50,188 nucleotides of DNA, taken from assembly GCA_030593065.1 (NCBI GenBank), contig JAUVHV010000010.1, positions 1 to 50,188 of the forward strand, written 5' to 3'. The position numbers and the translations under genes were made by a program. This DNA comes from Candidatus Omnitrophota bacterium. Lineage in GTDB: Bacteria; Omnitrophota; Gorgyraeia; JABMRG01. Below, piece by piece: positions 16,321 to 26,129 of the stretch (within the stretch, counting starts at the first letter, position 1; the number at the start of each line of letters is the position of its first letter). The notes beneath the pieces were generated by a model. That model saw nothing but the letters and a program-made list of their open reading frames with translations. It made no database searches and had not been told where the DNA came from.

Positions 16321-16456
16321 GGATTCCTGCTGGAGTTTACCCCGTGCCTATGGATTCCTGCTTTCGCAGGAATGACACACGGGGCAGGCTTGCCCCTGCG
16401 AAAGCAGGGGAATGACACACGGGGCAGGAATGACACAAACACAAGGCAGGAATGAG
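16321..16456. repeat. Cluster of degenerate hairpin and tandem repeats on the right flank of the GIY-YIG ORF
   Basis: GGATTCCTGC occurs at 16321 and 16352. Hairpins are TTCCTGC-TTTC-GCAGGAA (16355-16372) and CCCCTGC-GAAA-GCAGGGG (16393-16410). The direct repeat GGAATGACACACGGGGCAGG occurs at 16369 and 16409, with a third partial copy. Confidence 0.8.
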
Positions 16457-17902
16457 ATGAAGATAGCTCCATTAGAAATAAAAGATACGGGTACAATCCA
16501 GGAGATTAAGAAAGGAATAGTCGGGATAAGCGGCCTCCCTTCCTGTATAAACGGCCAGCTGATTGAATTAGGCCAGGATCTGTTGGGAATGGTAATCGGT
16601 TTTAATGAAGATAAAGTTTCAGCCCTGGTTTTAGGGGATGAGGCAAGGCTCAATATAGGTGAAGTTGTTTACGCGGAGCCGGGAATTTTTGAAATTCCGG
16701 TAGGGAATAATTTTATCGGACGAACAGTCAATGCCCTTGCCCGCCCGGTAGATGGAAAAGGTAAAATCGAAGAGAGTGATTTTCAGCCTGTCTTCAGAGA
16801 CGCGCCGGGCGTAATGGATAGGACGCCTATAGCTGAACCGCTCTTTACAGGGATTAAGGCCATTGATACTGTTATTCCCCTGGGTAAAGGGCAAAGAGAG
16901 CTTATTATCGGAGACAGGGTTACCGGAAAAACCACTTTGGCATTGGATACTATTTTAAATCAAAAGGGAAAAGATGTAATTTGTATATTCTGCTGGATAG
17001 GCGGAAGTTTTTCACCGTTTTTAAAACTTATTCAGCAGATGGATAGAGAAGGGGCGTTAGAGTATAGTATTATTGTCAGCGCTGTTGCCTCTGACTCCCC
17101 AGCGGAACAATATATTGCCCCTTATACAGCAGCTACCTTAGGGGAACATTTTATGTATCAGGGGAAAGATGTTTTGCTGGTTTTTGATAATTTAACCCGG
17201 CATGCCTGGATATACCGCCAGCTCTCTCTGCTTCTGGAGAGGTGCCCCGGCAGGGAGGCATATCCCGGTGATATCTTTTATCTTCATTCCCAGTTATTAG
17301 AAAGAGCGGCAAAGCTAAATGAGGAGAATGGCAGCGGCTCCATGACGTTTTTGCCTATTGTGGAGACACAAGGGGGAGACCTTACGGGAATTATTCCTTC
17401 AAACCTTATCTCAATGACCGACGGGCAGATATATTTAGACACGGGCCTTTTTCACGAAGGATTTAAGCCGGCCATTGATTTAGGGCTTTCTGTTTCAAGA
17501 ATCGGAAATAAAGTCCAATGTGAAGCTATGAAGGAGGTATCAGGCAGGCTAAAAGGAGAGTATGCCAGGTATAAGGAATTAGCGGGTTTAACACGCATAA
17601 GGACCAAGCTCTCGTCGGAGGTGGAATTAAAGTTGAAAAAGGGAGAAGCCTTGAGCGCTCTTTTTGTTCAGGATAAAACCACACCCCTCTCATTAGAAGA
17701 AGAGATTATTATTTTTTACGCTTTTGATAAAGATATACCTGAAATTTTAGAAAAGCAAAAAAGAGAAAAGTTCCTGAATGAGATATATAGATACCTTGCT
17801 AAAGAGCAGCCGCAGTTGATTGAAAAACTTGCCAGCCAAAGAGCGCTGACCGATGAGATAAAAGATGGGCTGGATGAGGCGTTCCGGAAGTTTTTCGCTT
17901 AA
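16457..17902 (+). CDS. atpA: F1 ATP synthase alpha subunit
   Basis: GDRVTGKTT Walker A, FDNLTRHAWIYRQLSLLLERCPGREAYPGDIFYLHSQLLERAAKL and MTDGQIYL. The start is set at the ATG at 16457 (MKIAPLEIKD); the 15 upstream in-frame codons lie in repeat DNA. Confidence 0.95.
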   Translation: MKIAPLEIKDTGTIQEIKKGIVGISGLPSCINGQLIELGQDLLGMVIGFNEDKVSALVLGDEARLNIGEVVYAEPGIFEIPVGNNFIGRTVNALARPVDGKGKIEESDFQPVFRDAPGVMDRTPIAEPLFTGIKAIDTVIPLGKGQRELIIGDRVTGKTTLALDTILNQKGKDVICIFCWIGGSFSPFLKLIQQMDREGALEYSIIVSAVASDSPAEQYIAPYTAATLGEHFMYQGKDVLLVFDNLTRHAWIYRQLSLLLERCPGREAYPGDIFYLHSQLLERAAKLNEENGSGSMTFLPIVETQGGDLTGIIPSNLISMTDGQIYLDTGLFHEGFKPAIDLGLSVSRIGNKVQCEAMKEVSGRLKGEYARYKELAGLTRIRTKLSSEVELKLKKGEALSALFVQDKTTPLSLEEEIIIFYAFDKDIPEILEKQKREKFLNEIYRYLAKEQPQLIEKLASQRALTDEIKDGLDEAFRKFFA

Positions 17903-17990
17903 GGGGTCAAGTCTTCACATTACTACTTAACCCCTTAAGCAGCCCCTATATGCTAAGTACGTTAAGTAGTAATGTGAAGACTTGACCCCT
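17898..17990. repeat. Pair of inverted REP-like elements (28-nt perfect arms at 17903-17930 and 17962-17989)
   Basis: GGGGTCAAGTCTTCACATTACTACTTAA and its exact reverse complement are separated by 31 nt. The pair fills the atpA-atpG spacer. Confidence 0.9.
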
Positions 17991-17997
17991 TGGAGCT

Positions 17998-18858
17998 ATG
18001 TTTAAATTAAATAAACTACATAAAGAATTGGATTTTAACAAGAATATAGGGGATATAATCAATGTGCTAAAAGGTGTAGCCTCTTCTGAATTTTACCGCC
18101 TCCAAAAAGCAAAAAAAAGTTTTGATGAATTCCTGGATTATCTGCAGGGATTTTTCAGGATGATTGATATATCGGGAACAGAGCACCTCTTTTTGGAAGA
18201 TTCTTCCCTGCCGCAGGCCTTACTGCTTATAACATCAGACATAGGTTTTTTGGGAAAACTGAATGTCTCTGTGGTCAATACCGCTTTAGCGCAATCTTCT
18301 GAAAATGATAAATTAATAATTGTCGGCAAGCAGGGCACCAGGTATGTAGAGGAGGCTGGCAGAGACTTCACCTCTTTCGCGGGTATTAGCGATGGTGTGG
18401 AGTACAAAGAGGCAGAGGGCTTAGCGGATTTTATCCTTAAAGGGATTTTGGATAAGAAGTTTCGCAGAACCACCATTGTCTATCCCCACTTTGTTTCTTT
18501 TGCTGTCTGGAGAATCCAGACCTATCAGCTGCTTCCATGTAGATTCTTGTTCAAGGCAAGTTCTGAAGCCGGGAAGAAAGATGAGGAAGATAGAATTATT
18601 ATCGAGCCGGCATTAGCTAAAGTTATAGAATATCTGGTCAGGGTATGGATAAAATATATCTTATATGGTATTTTTTGGGAAAGCAAACTTTCTGAGTGGG
18701 CAACACGGGTTATGCATTTAGAAGGCAGTTCTCATGAAATCAAACAGATGAATAAAAAATTACATTTTCAATATTTTCATCTTCTTCATGAGATCAGCGA
18801 TAAAAACATCAGGGAGATCTTCGCGGCCCGGCTGGCTATGGAAAAAATCGTAGCTTAG
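17998..18858 (+). CDS. atpG: F1 ATP synthase gamma subunit
   Basis: Size of 286 aa and its position between alpha and beta. The N-terminus IGDIINVLKGVASSEF and the C-terminus LHEISDKNIREIFAARLA are gamma-like helices. Confidence 0.85.
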   Translation: MFKLNKLHKELDFNKNIGDIINVLKGVASSEFYRLQKAKKSFDEFLDYLQGFFRMIDISGTEHLFLEDSSLPQALLLITSDIGFLGKLNVSVVNTALAQSSENDKLIIVGKQGTRYVEEAGRDFTSFAGISDGVEYKEAEGLADFILKGILDKKFRRTTIVYPHFVSFAVWRIQTYQLLPCRFLFKASSEAGKKDEEDRIIIEPALAKVIEYLVRVWIKYILYGIFWESKLSEWATRVMHLEGSSHEIKQMNKKLHFQYFHLLHEISDKNIREIFAARLAMEKIVA

Positions 18859-18872
18859 GGGGACAGGAGTAA

Positions 18873-20294
<1,422 letters not shown>

Positions 20295-20316
20295 AAGAGA
20301 GAGAGAGGGGTAGATA

Positions 20317-22062
20317 ATGGCAATGAAAGTTGGGGAGATGCTTATAAACAAACATCTCATTACGCCTCAGCAATTAAAATTAGCTATAAAGGAGCAGCAG
20401 AAGACAGGAGAATTATTAGGACAGGCTTTGTGCAGAATGGGATACCTGGAAGACGAGCAGTTCCTGCAAGTTCTCTCCCAACAGCTTAATATTCCATTTG
20501 TTAAGCTGCGGGATGTTGATATAGATGCTTCCGCCATAAAGAAACTACCGGCTAAATTCGCGTGGTATTACAAGATAGTTCCCATAAGCTATGCGGACAG
20601 AAAGCTGACTGTAGCTACTTTTGACCCTTTATGTTCACTGAATGATGTAAAAAAGTTTTTAGGATGCGAGATCATACCTGTCCTGGCTACTGAAAATGAT
20701 TTAACAAAAGCAATTGAAAAATATTATGGTGTCGGCGCGGAGACTATTGAAGAGATTATTGCTGCAACCCCGCAGGAAAACATCGAAATCGATTCAAGCA
20801 AGAAGATAACGGACATAGAAAAAATGGCCGGGGACGCCTCGGTAGTTAAATTAGTAAATCAGATAATATTAGAGGCTTATCAGAAAAGAGCCACTGATAT
20901 TCACATTGACCTTTTTAGAAACAAGTTGAGCTTGCGGTACCGTGTCGACGGAATACTTTATAAAGCAAATACATCCGCGGATATGGTTCGATTTTTTTCG
21001 GCAATTATCTCCCGCATAAAGATAATGTCTAATCTGGATATTGTGGAACGCCGCCTTCCTCAGGATGGCCGCGCTATAGTAAAGATAGGAGAAATGGAAC
21101 TCGATTTAAGAATTTCTATTATACCTACCCGCTATGGAGAAGGGCTGGTAATAAGGATTCTTCCTACCAAGATGCTTTTTAGTTTGAAAGGATTGGGCCT
21201 GCAGCCGGCGGAATTAACAATATTAGAGAAGTTGATAAACAAACCGAATGGAATAATTTTTGCTACCGGGCCTACCGGAAGCGGAAAGACTACTACATTG
21301 TATGCTTGCCTGAATAAGATAAAAAGCAGCAAAAATAAAATCATTACCTTAGAAGATCCGATAGAGTATGAACTTGAAGGTATTACTCAGATTCAGATTA
21401 TGCCTGAGATTGGGCTTACTTTCGCGCAGGGACTGCGGAGTGTATTAAGGCATGACCCTGATATAATGATGGTAGGAGAGGTAAGGGATTTAGAGACAGC
21501 GGAACTGGCTATAAGGATCGCCTTGACAGGCCATTTGATCTTTTCTACTGTCCATACAAACGACGCCGCGGGTGGAATAACCCGGTTGCTTGATATGGGT
21601 ATTGAGCCATTCCTGATAACCTCTTCTGTAAGGGGTTTTATTGCCCAAAGGCTGTTGCGGGTAATCTGCCCTGATTGCAAGGAAGAAGACACAACAGTGG
21701 GCGTTGAGATTAAAAAGCTGATGATGAAAGAGATATCCGAATTTAGCAAATTCTATCGTGATAATCCGGAACAAAATACAGAGTTTGCCAATCTTAAGGA
21801 GAGAGATATCCATTTTTACAGGGGTAAAGGCTGTGAGGCCTGCAACTTCAACGGTTTTAAAAGCAGGACAGCTATCTATGAAATCCTGGTAGTCAATAAA
21901 GTAATAAAGGAATTAATTTTGAAAAAGGCTTCTACCGATACGATAAGGGAAGAAGCTATTAAGCGGGGCTTGAAGACTCTTCGCTTAGCTGGCTGGGAGA
22001 GAGTAATAGAAGGTATTACCACGCCGGACGAGGTAATGAAGATCACGCAGATTGAAGAATAA
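20317..22062 (+). CDS. gspE: GspE/PilB/MshE-family secretion ATPase
   Basis: N-terminal T2SSE_N-type domain, Walker A GPTGSGKTTTLY, MVGEVRD, TGHLIFSTVHTNDA and the tetracysteine motif CPDC ... CEAC. Confidence 0.9.
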   Translation: MAMKVGEMLINKHLITPQQLKLAIKEQQKTGELLGQALCRMGYLEDEQFLQVLSQQLNIPFVKLRDVDIDASAIKKLPAKFAWYYKIVPISYADRKLTVATFDPLCSLNDVKKFLGCEIIPVLATENDLTKAIEKYYGVGAETIEEIIAATPQENIEIDSSKKITDIEKMAGDASVVKLVNQIILEAYQKRATDIHIDLFRNKLSLRYRVDGILYKANTSADMVRFFSAIISRIKIMSNLDIVERRLPQDGRAIVKIGEMELDLRISIIPTRYGEGLVIRILPTKMLFSLKGLGLQPAELTILEKLINKPNGIIFATGPTGSGKTTTLYACLNKIKSSKNKIITLEDPIEYELEGITQIQIMPEIGLTFAQGLRSVLRHDPDIMMVGEVRDLETAELAIRIALTGHLIFSTVHTNDAAGGITRLLDMGIEPFLITSSVRGFIAQRLLRVICPDCKEEDTTVGVEIKKLMMKEISEFSKFYRDNPEQNTEFANLKERDIHFYRGKGCEACNFNGFKSRTAIYEILVVNKVIKELILKKASTDTIREEAIKRGLKTLRLAGWERVIEGITTPDEVMKITQIEE

Positions 22063-22072
22063 GAAAAGGAAT

Positions 22073-22309
22073 ATGTTTACCGTATCTATTCTCGATATAA
22101 AAACTACCGCCGCTATCTTAAAAAAGATGGCTTCCTGCGTTGTGCTGCCTGGTGAGGAGGGCGAGCTTTCTGTTATGGATTTTCACCAGGAGATAGTTGC
22201 CTGCTTAAAGAAAGGCATAGTCAAGGTAGATAAGAAACACTCTATACGCATCAAAAAAGGGATAGCCAGGATGGAAGGGAATGAGCTCTCTATCTTGGTG
22301 GAGCAATAA
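22073..22309 (+). CDS. atpC: ATP synthase epsilon subunit, N-terminal beta-sandwich only (78 aa)
   Basis: VVLPGEEGELSVMDFHQEIVACLKKGIVKV ... IKKGIARMEGNELSILVE aligns by eye with the epsilon consensus (V.lPg.eGe.giL.gH.pl...L..G.v.i ... v.gGf.ev....v.iLa). The ATG at 22073 has RBS AAAGGA. The C-terminal helical domain is absent. Confidence 0.7.
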   Translation: MFTVSILDIKTTAAILKKMASCVVLPGEEGELSVMDFHQEIVACLKKGIVKVDKKHSIRIKKGIARMEGNELSILVEQ

Positions 22310-22323
22310 AAGGAGAATTCAGG

Positions 22324-23568
22324 TTGGCAAGCTTTAGTTATGAGGCAAAAAAGGGGCCAAAAGAGATTATCAAGGGAACTATCAAAGCCGATAACCAGGA
22401 AGCGGCTCTGGATAAAATAAACCAGATGGGCTATGTGCCAATCAGTATTGTTTCTGCTGAAAAAAACCTTCCTGAAAAAAGCCCCGGCACGGGAAATAGA
22501 GGCAAAGAGGATAGCCATGCAGCACTGCCCGGTAAGGTCCGCTCAAAAGACCTGACAATATTTATAGAACAACTTGCCAGTCTGATCAAATCCAAGGTCC
22601 CAATTTTGGAAGCGATAGGAATACTCCATGAACAGATAGAAAACGCGGCCTTAAAGAAAATAACCTTATATATCCAGAGTGAAATAAGAGACGGCAAGAC
22701 ATTATCACAATCTCTAAGCAAATATCCGAAGGTCTTTCCGGTATTATATGTAAATATGATTGAATCCGGCGAGACAGGAGGGGTACTGGAAGCGACCCTG
22801 ATGAGGTTGTCTGATTTTAGAAACAAGGAAGAGGAGACAAGAGCAAAAATAGTTTCAGCCTTAGCCTACCCGATTTTTATTGTGATAATTGGAATAGCTA
22901 CTATATTTGCCCTGTTTATTTTTGTTATTCCCCGGATGGTCTCTCTGTTCAGCGAAATGGGGCAGGTTATGCCCTTGCCTACAAGGATGTTATTGGCATT
23001 AAGCAACCTGATTAGAAATTATTGGTATTGGGTGCTCGCTGTAATCGCGGTTATAATTTCCATAGTTAAACGAAGCGGCAAAAGAAAGAATGAGAAAATA
23101 ATTTTCGATAGGTTGAAATTAAAATTACCGCTTATCGGAGATTTTATGAAGAAGAGTTTAATGGCGGGGTTTGCCCGCACCTTTGCCCTGCTTCTGGCTA
23201 ATGGTATACCCATATTGCAGGCGATAAAGATAACAATACCGACATTGGATAATGAAGTGTTTAAGCTTGAGTTAGAGGCAGTGCATAAAAATATAATTGA
23301 TGGAATGTCATTGGAACAGAGCATGAAGAGATCTCAGTGGTTTCCAAGTTTTATGACTAACATGCTCGCGGTAGGTGAGAGAGGAGGAAATCTGGAAGAA
23401 TCGCTATTGGATGTGGCAGGTTTTTATGAGCGTGAAGTGGATAAGGTGACTAAGATAATTACTTCATTGCTTGAGCCAGCAATAATTTTAGTGACAGGCC
23501 TTATAGTCGGATTTATTGTTTTTGCCATGCTTTTACCCATTTTCCAGCTGAATTTGGGTGTAAATTGA
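22324..23568 (+). CDS. gspF: GspF/PilC-family inner-membrane platform protein
   Basis: TTG start after an AAGGAG RBS. It has two repeated T2SSF-type halves (LASLIKSKVPILEAIGIL..., FARTFALLLANGIPILQAIKI...) and three TM segments. Confidence 0.9.
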   Translation: MASFSYEAKKGPKEIIKGTIKADNQEAALDKINQMGYVPISIVSAEKNLPEKSPGTGNRGKEDSHAALPGKVRSKDLTIFIEQLASLIKSKVPILEAIGILHEQIENAALKKITLYIQSEIRDGKTLSQSLSKYPKVFPVLYVNMIESGETGGVLEATLMRLSDFRNKEEETRAKIVSALAYPIFIVIIGIATIFALFIFVIPRMVSLFSEMGQVMPLPTRMLLALSNLIRNYWYWVLAVIAVIISIVKRSGKRKNEKIIFDRLKLKLPLIGDFMKKSLMAGFARTFALLLANGIPILQAIKITIPTLDNEVFKLELEAVHKNIIDGMSLEQSMKRSQWFPSFMTNMLAVGERGGNLEESLLDVAGFYEREVDKVTKIITSLLEPAIILVTGLIVGFIVFAMLLPIFQLNLGVN

Positions 23569-23586
23569 GAAAGAGCGTAAGGGGAG

Positions 23587-24003
23587 ATGAATGTTATGAT
23601 ATTAAAACAATTCAGTAAAAAAGCTTTTACCTTAGTCGAGCTATTATTAGTTGTAGTTATCCTTGGCGCCCTGGCAGCTATGATAGTACCAAGGCTTGTA
23701 GGCCGCACAGAACAGGCAAAGATCTCTATTGCTAAAGCGGATATTGCCTCTAACATACCTCTGGCACTGGATCTTTATGAGTTGGACAATGGCAGATATC
23801 CGTCTAACCTGCAGGGGCTTACTACCAATCCGGGCGGATCAAAGAGCTGGAACGGGCCTTATGTTAAGCGGGAGCCGGTGGATCCCTGGGGTAACGAATA
23901 TAAATATAGATATCCGCCATCCAAAGGCAGGGACTATGATTTATATTCGCTGGGCCCGGACGGAGTAGAAGGCACTGACGATATCGTGAACTGGAAAAAA
24001 TAA
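23587..24003 (+). CDS. gspG: Major pseudopilin, GspG-like
   Basis: Prepilin leader plus KKA|FTLVELLLVVVILG. The stretches PRLVGRTEQAKISIAKADI, LDLYELDNGRYP, WNGPY and DPWGNEYKY..P.....YDLYSLGPDG are typical of GspG. Confidence 0.9.
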   Translation: MNVMILKQFSKKAFTLVELLLVVVILGALAAMIVPRLVGRTEQAKISIAKADIASNIPLALDLYELDNGRYPSNLQGLTTNPGGSKSWNGPYVKREPVDPWGNEYKYRYPPSKGRDYDLYSLGPDGVEGTDDIVNWKK

Positions 24004-24014
24004 TAAGTAAAGGT

Positions 24015-24419
24015 ATGAAAAAAGCTTTTACATTAATAGAGGTAATGCTAAGTGTCTCTATCTTATCAATAGGCCTTGTTCTCATTCTGCAGGCATTTGC
24101 TCAGTCTTTTAATATAGTGCGTATTTCAAAGAATAATTTAATAGCAACCTTGATAATCGGAAATAAGATGGCCGAAGCGCAGATACAGGCCAAAGAGGAC
24201 TGGGGTTCCTTTGAGAGCGGTATAGGCGAGAGATTTAATTTTGAGGGTATCAAATGTGAGTGGGAGATGGATATATCCCCTGTTGAATGGGAATCAGAGG
24301 AGATGGTAGATCTGGATGAAGTGCTCAACGAAATAAAGGCTTCTTTGTACTGGAAAGAAGGAAAGAGAAAAGGCGTAATTTTTCTGGATACGTTTATGAG
24401 AAAATATGCAGAGGAATAA
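24015..24419 (+). CDS. Minor pseudopilin (GspI/GspH-like)
   Basis: Very short leader MKKA|FTLIEVMLSVSILSIG. The 134-aa size and the position downstream of gspG support the call. Confidence 0.65.
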   Translation: MKKAFTLIEVMLSVSILSIGLVLILQAFAQSFNIVRISKNNLIATLIIGNKMAEAQIQAKEDWGSFESGIGERFNFEGIKCEWEMDISPVEWESEEMVDLDEVLNEIKASLYWKEGKRKGVIFLDTFMRKYAEE

Positions 24420-25086
24420 AAGAGATTTTTACGGAAGAAAAGCTTTTACATTAATTGAGCTTCTTGTATGCATAACAATAGTCTCTCTAGTCAGTGTAGC
24501 AGTATACTCTATTTTTGCTAATGGAATAAGCGCCTGGCGCAGGGGTAATGAGAATAAAATTTACGCGCGAAACATAAGGCTTACCTCAGAAAAGATGGCC
24601 AGGGAGATAAGGAATGTTTTTGAATTTTCCATGATCGCTTTTGAAGGCACCGAAGACTCTGTTATGTTTCCTGCCCTGATACCAAGTAAGCCTGATGACG
24701 AAGGCGATTATTCCGAAACCCATTATGAAGTAGGAAGAATAGCGTATTTTTATGATAAGAAAAAAGATGCCCTCTGCAGAGAAGACAAGGCTTTTTTTGA
24801 GTTTATCGATGAGGAAGAGGTTGGTAAGGGTAAAGTTTTAATTCAGGATGTCAGCGCTTTGGAGATAAGTTATTGTTATCTTGACAACGTGACAGGGGGC
24901 TATAAATGGAAAAATGACTGGAAGAAAGAAGATCAGGATAGCATTCCCCAGGCGTTAAGTATAGAGATAAAATTTAAAAAAGGCGCTATTTATAAGGATA
25001 AGTTTAGCAGGATGCTCTTCATTCCCATCGGGACAGGGGAGCAGAAGATAGCGCTTGGCAGCATTACAACCCAAACGCAGGATTAA
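24406..25086 (+). CDS. Minor pseudopilin (GspJ-like)
   Basis: GRKA|FTLIELLVCITIVSL prepilin-type N-terminus. The 226-aa size and the position before gspK support the call. Confidence 0.65.
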   Translation: MQRNKRDFYGRKAFTLIELLVCITIVSLVSVAVYSIFANGISAWRRGNENKIYARNIRLTSEKMAREIRNVFEFSMIAFEGTEDSVMFPALIPSKPDDEGDYSETHYEVGRIAYFYDKKKDALCREDKAFFEFIDEEEVGKGKVLIQDVSALEISYCYLDNVTGGYKWKNDWKKEDQDSIPQALSIEIKFKKGAIYKDKFSRMLFIPIGTGEQKIALGSITTQTQD

Positions 25087-25097
25087 GGGTTAAAAAG

Positions 25098-26129
25098 GTG
25101 ATGATTAAAACCAGAACCGCGAGCATATTGATTCTTACCCTCTGGATGCTGGGTTTTATGACTATTTTTACTATAGGCCTTGCTAATAATGTTTCCGGCC
25201 AATTGCGGTTAGCCTCTCATATCCAGGATAGATTGAAGATGTACTATCTGGCTAAGGCGGGTATAGAACGGGCAACTATTAAATTTGAAATGGATGAGAC
25301 GCCTAATTATACCAGCTTGAATGAGGAGTGGTCAAATAGCGAGGATTTTTTTAAGGAGATACCTTTTGGCGACGGGTATATAACCGTAAGTTATCAATTA
25401 AAGAACGAGGCTGCGGACGAGCAGACAGGAGAAAAGCCCACTCTATATGGGCTGATGGATGAGAGTAGTAAAATAAATATAAATAAGGCGCCGCTTCAAA
25501 TACTAAAAAACATGCTTGAAAATATTGGCGGGGTTGAGACAGAAGAGATTGCTGATGTTGCTAATGCTATTATCGACTGGAGAGATATAGATGTTATTGT
25601 TTCTCCCGGTGGCGCTGAAAATGAATACTATGAGGGCCTGAAGGCGCCTTATCCATGCAAGAATGGCGATTTTCAGATTCTGGAAGAACTGTTGCTGGTT
25701 AAAGGGGTGACCCCGGACATATTTTCAAAGATTGCCGATACAATTACAATTTATAGCGAAGGCAAAGTTAATATTAATACCGCGGACTGGCAAACATTTC
25801 ACGCGTTAGGGTTAAGTAGTGAGCTGGCTGAGCGGATAGTCCAATTTCGTAGAGGCAGAGATGAGATAGACGGGACAGAGGACGATAATATCTTTAATAC
25901 TGTCGCTGAAATAAGGAATATAGGGCCTCTGTTTACCGAGGAGTCTGTAGAGATTAACAGCGTTGTCTCTCTTGACGCGCTTACTGTAAAATCGAATGTC
26001 TTCAGGATCAATTCAACAGGCATCCTCAAAAAAGGCGGCCGTGATTTGCGAATGGACATTACCTGCGTTGTTAAAATGTTGCCCAATAAAAACCCTGAGA
26101 CGCTCTATTGGCATGAAGGAATAAGATGA
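25098..26129 (+). CDS. gspK: GspK-like minor pseudopilin
   Basis: N-terminal TM helix without a cleavage motif. KININKAPLQILKNML and GKVNINTADWQTFHALGLSSELAERIVQFR are HhH-type NxNTA motifs characteristic of T2SSK. Confidence 0.75.
   Translation: MMIKTRTASILILTLWMLGFMTIFTIGLANNVSGQLRLASHIQDRLKMYYLAKAGIERATIKFEMDETPNYTSLNEEWSNSEDFFKEIPFGDGYITVSYQLKNEAADEQTGEKPTLYGLMDESSKININKAPLQILKNMLENIGGVETEEIADVANAIIDWRDIDVIVSPGGAENEYYEGLKAPYPCKNGDFQILEELLLVKGVTPDIFSKIADTITIYSEGKVNINTADWQTFHALGLSSELAERIVQFRRGRDEIDGTEDDNIFNTVAEIRNIGPLFTEESVEINSVVSLDALTVKSNVFRINSTGILKKGGRDLRMDITCVVKMLPNKNPETLYWHEGIR

Noticed and set aside
16352-16450. Possible CRISPR-like array (the repeated GGAATGACACACGGGGCAGG).
   Set aside because: There are only about 2.5 copies at a ~40-nt period, the sequence between copies is itself a hairpin repeat rather than a unique spacer, and there are no cas genes in the window.
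15993-16456. N-terminal extensions suggested by the ORF track: MSFPCKRESRNK on the GIY-YIG protein (15993-16028) and MTHGAGMTQTQGRNE on atpA (16412-16456). Also the - strand ORFs at 16173-16496 and 16348-16653.
   Set aside because: All are translations of the palindromic or tandem repeat DNA flanking the GIY-YIG cassette. Conserved protein sequence begins at the internal ATGs (16029 and 16457).
23729-23968. A 79-aa + strand ORF in an alternative frame within gspG. The ORF at 29767-30018 spanning the glnS/thiE junction is a similar case.
   Set aside because: They overlap genes with clear family signatures and have no RBS or recognisable motifs.
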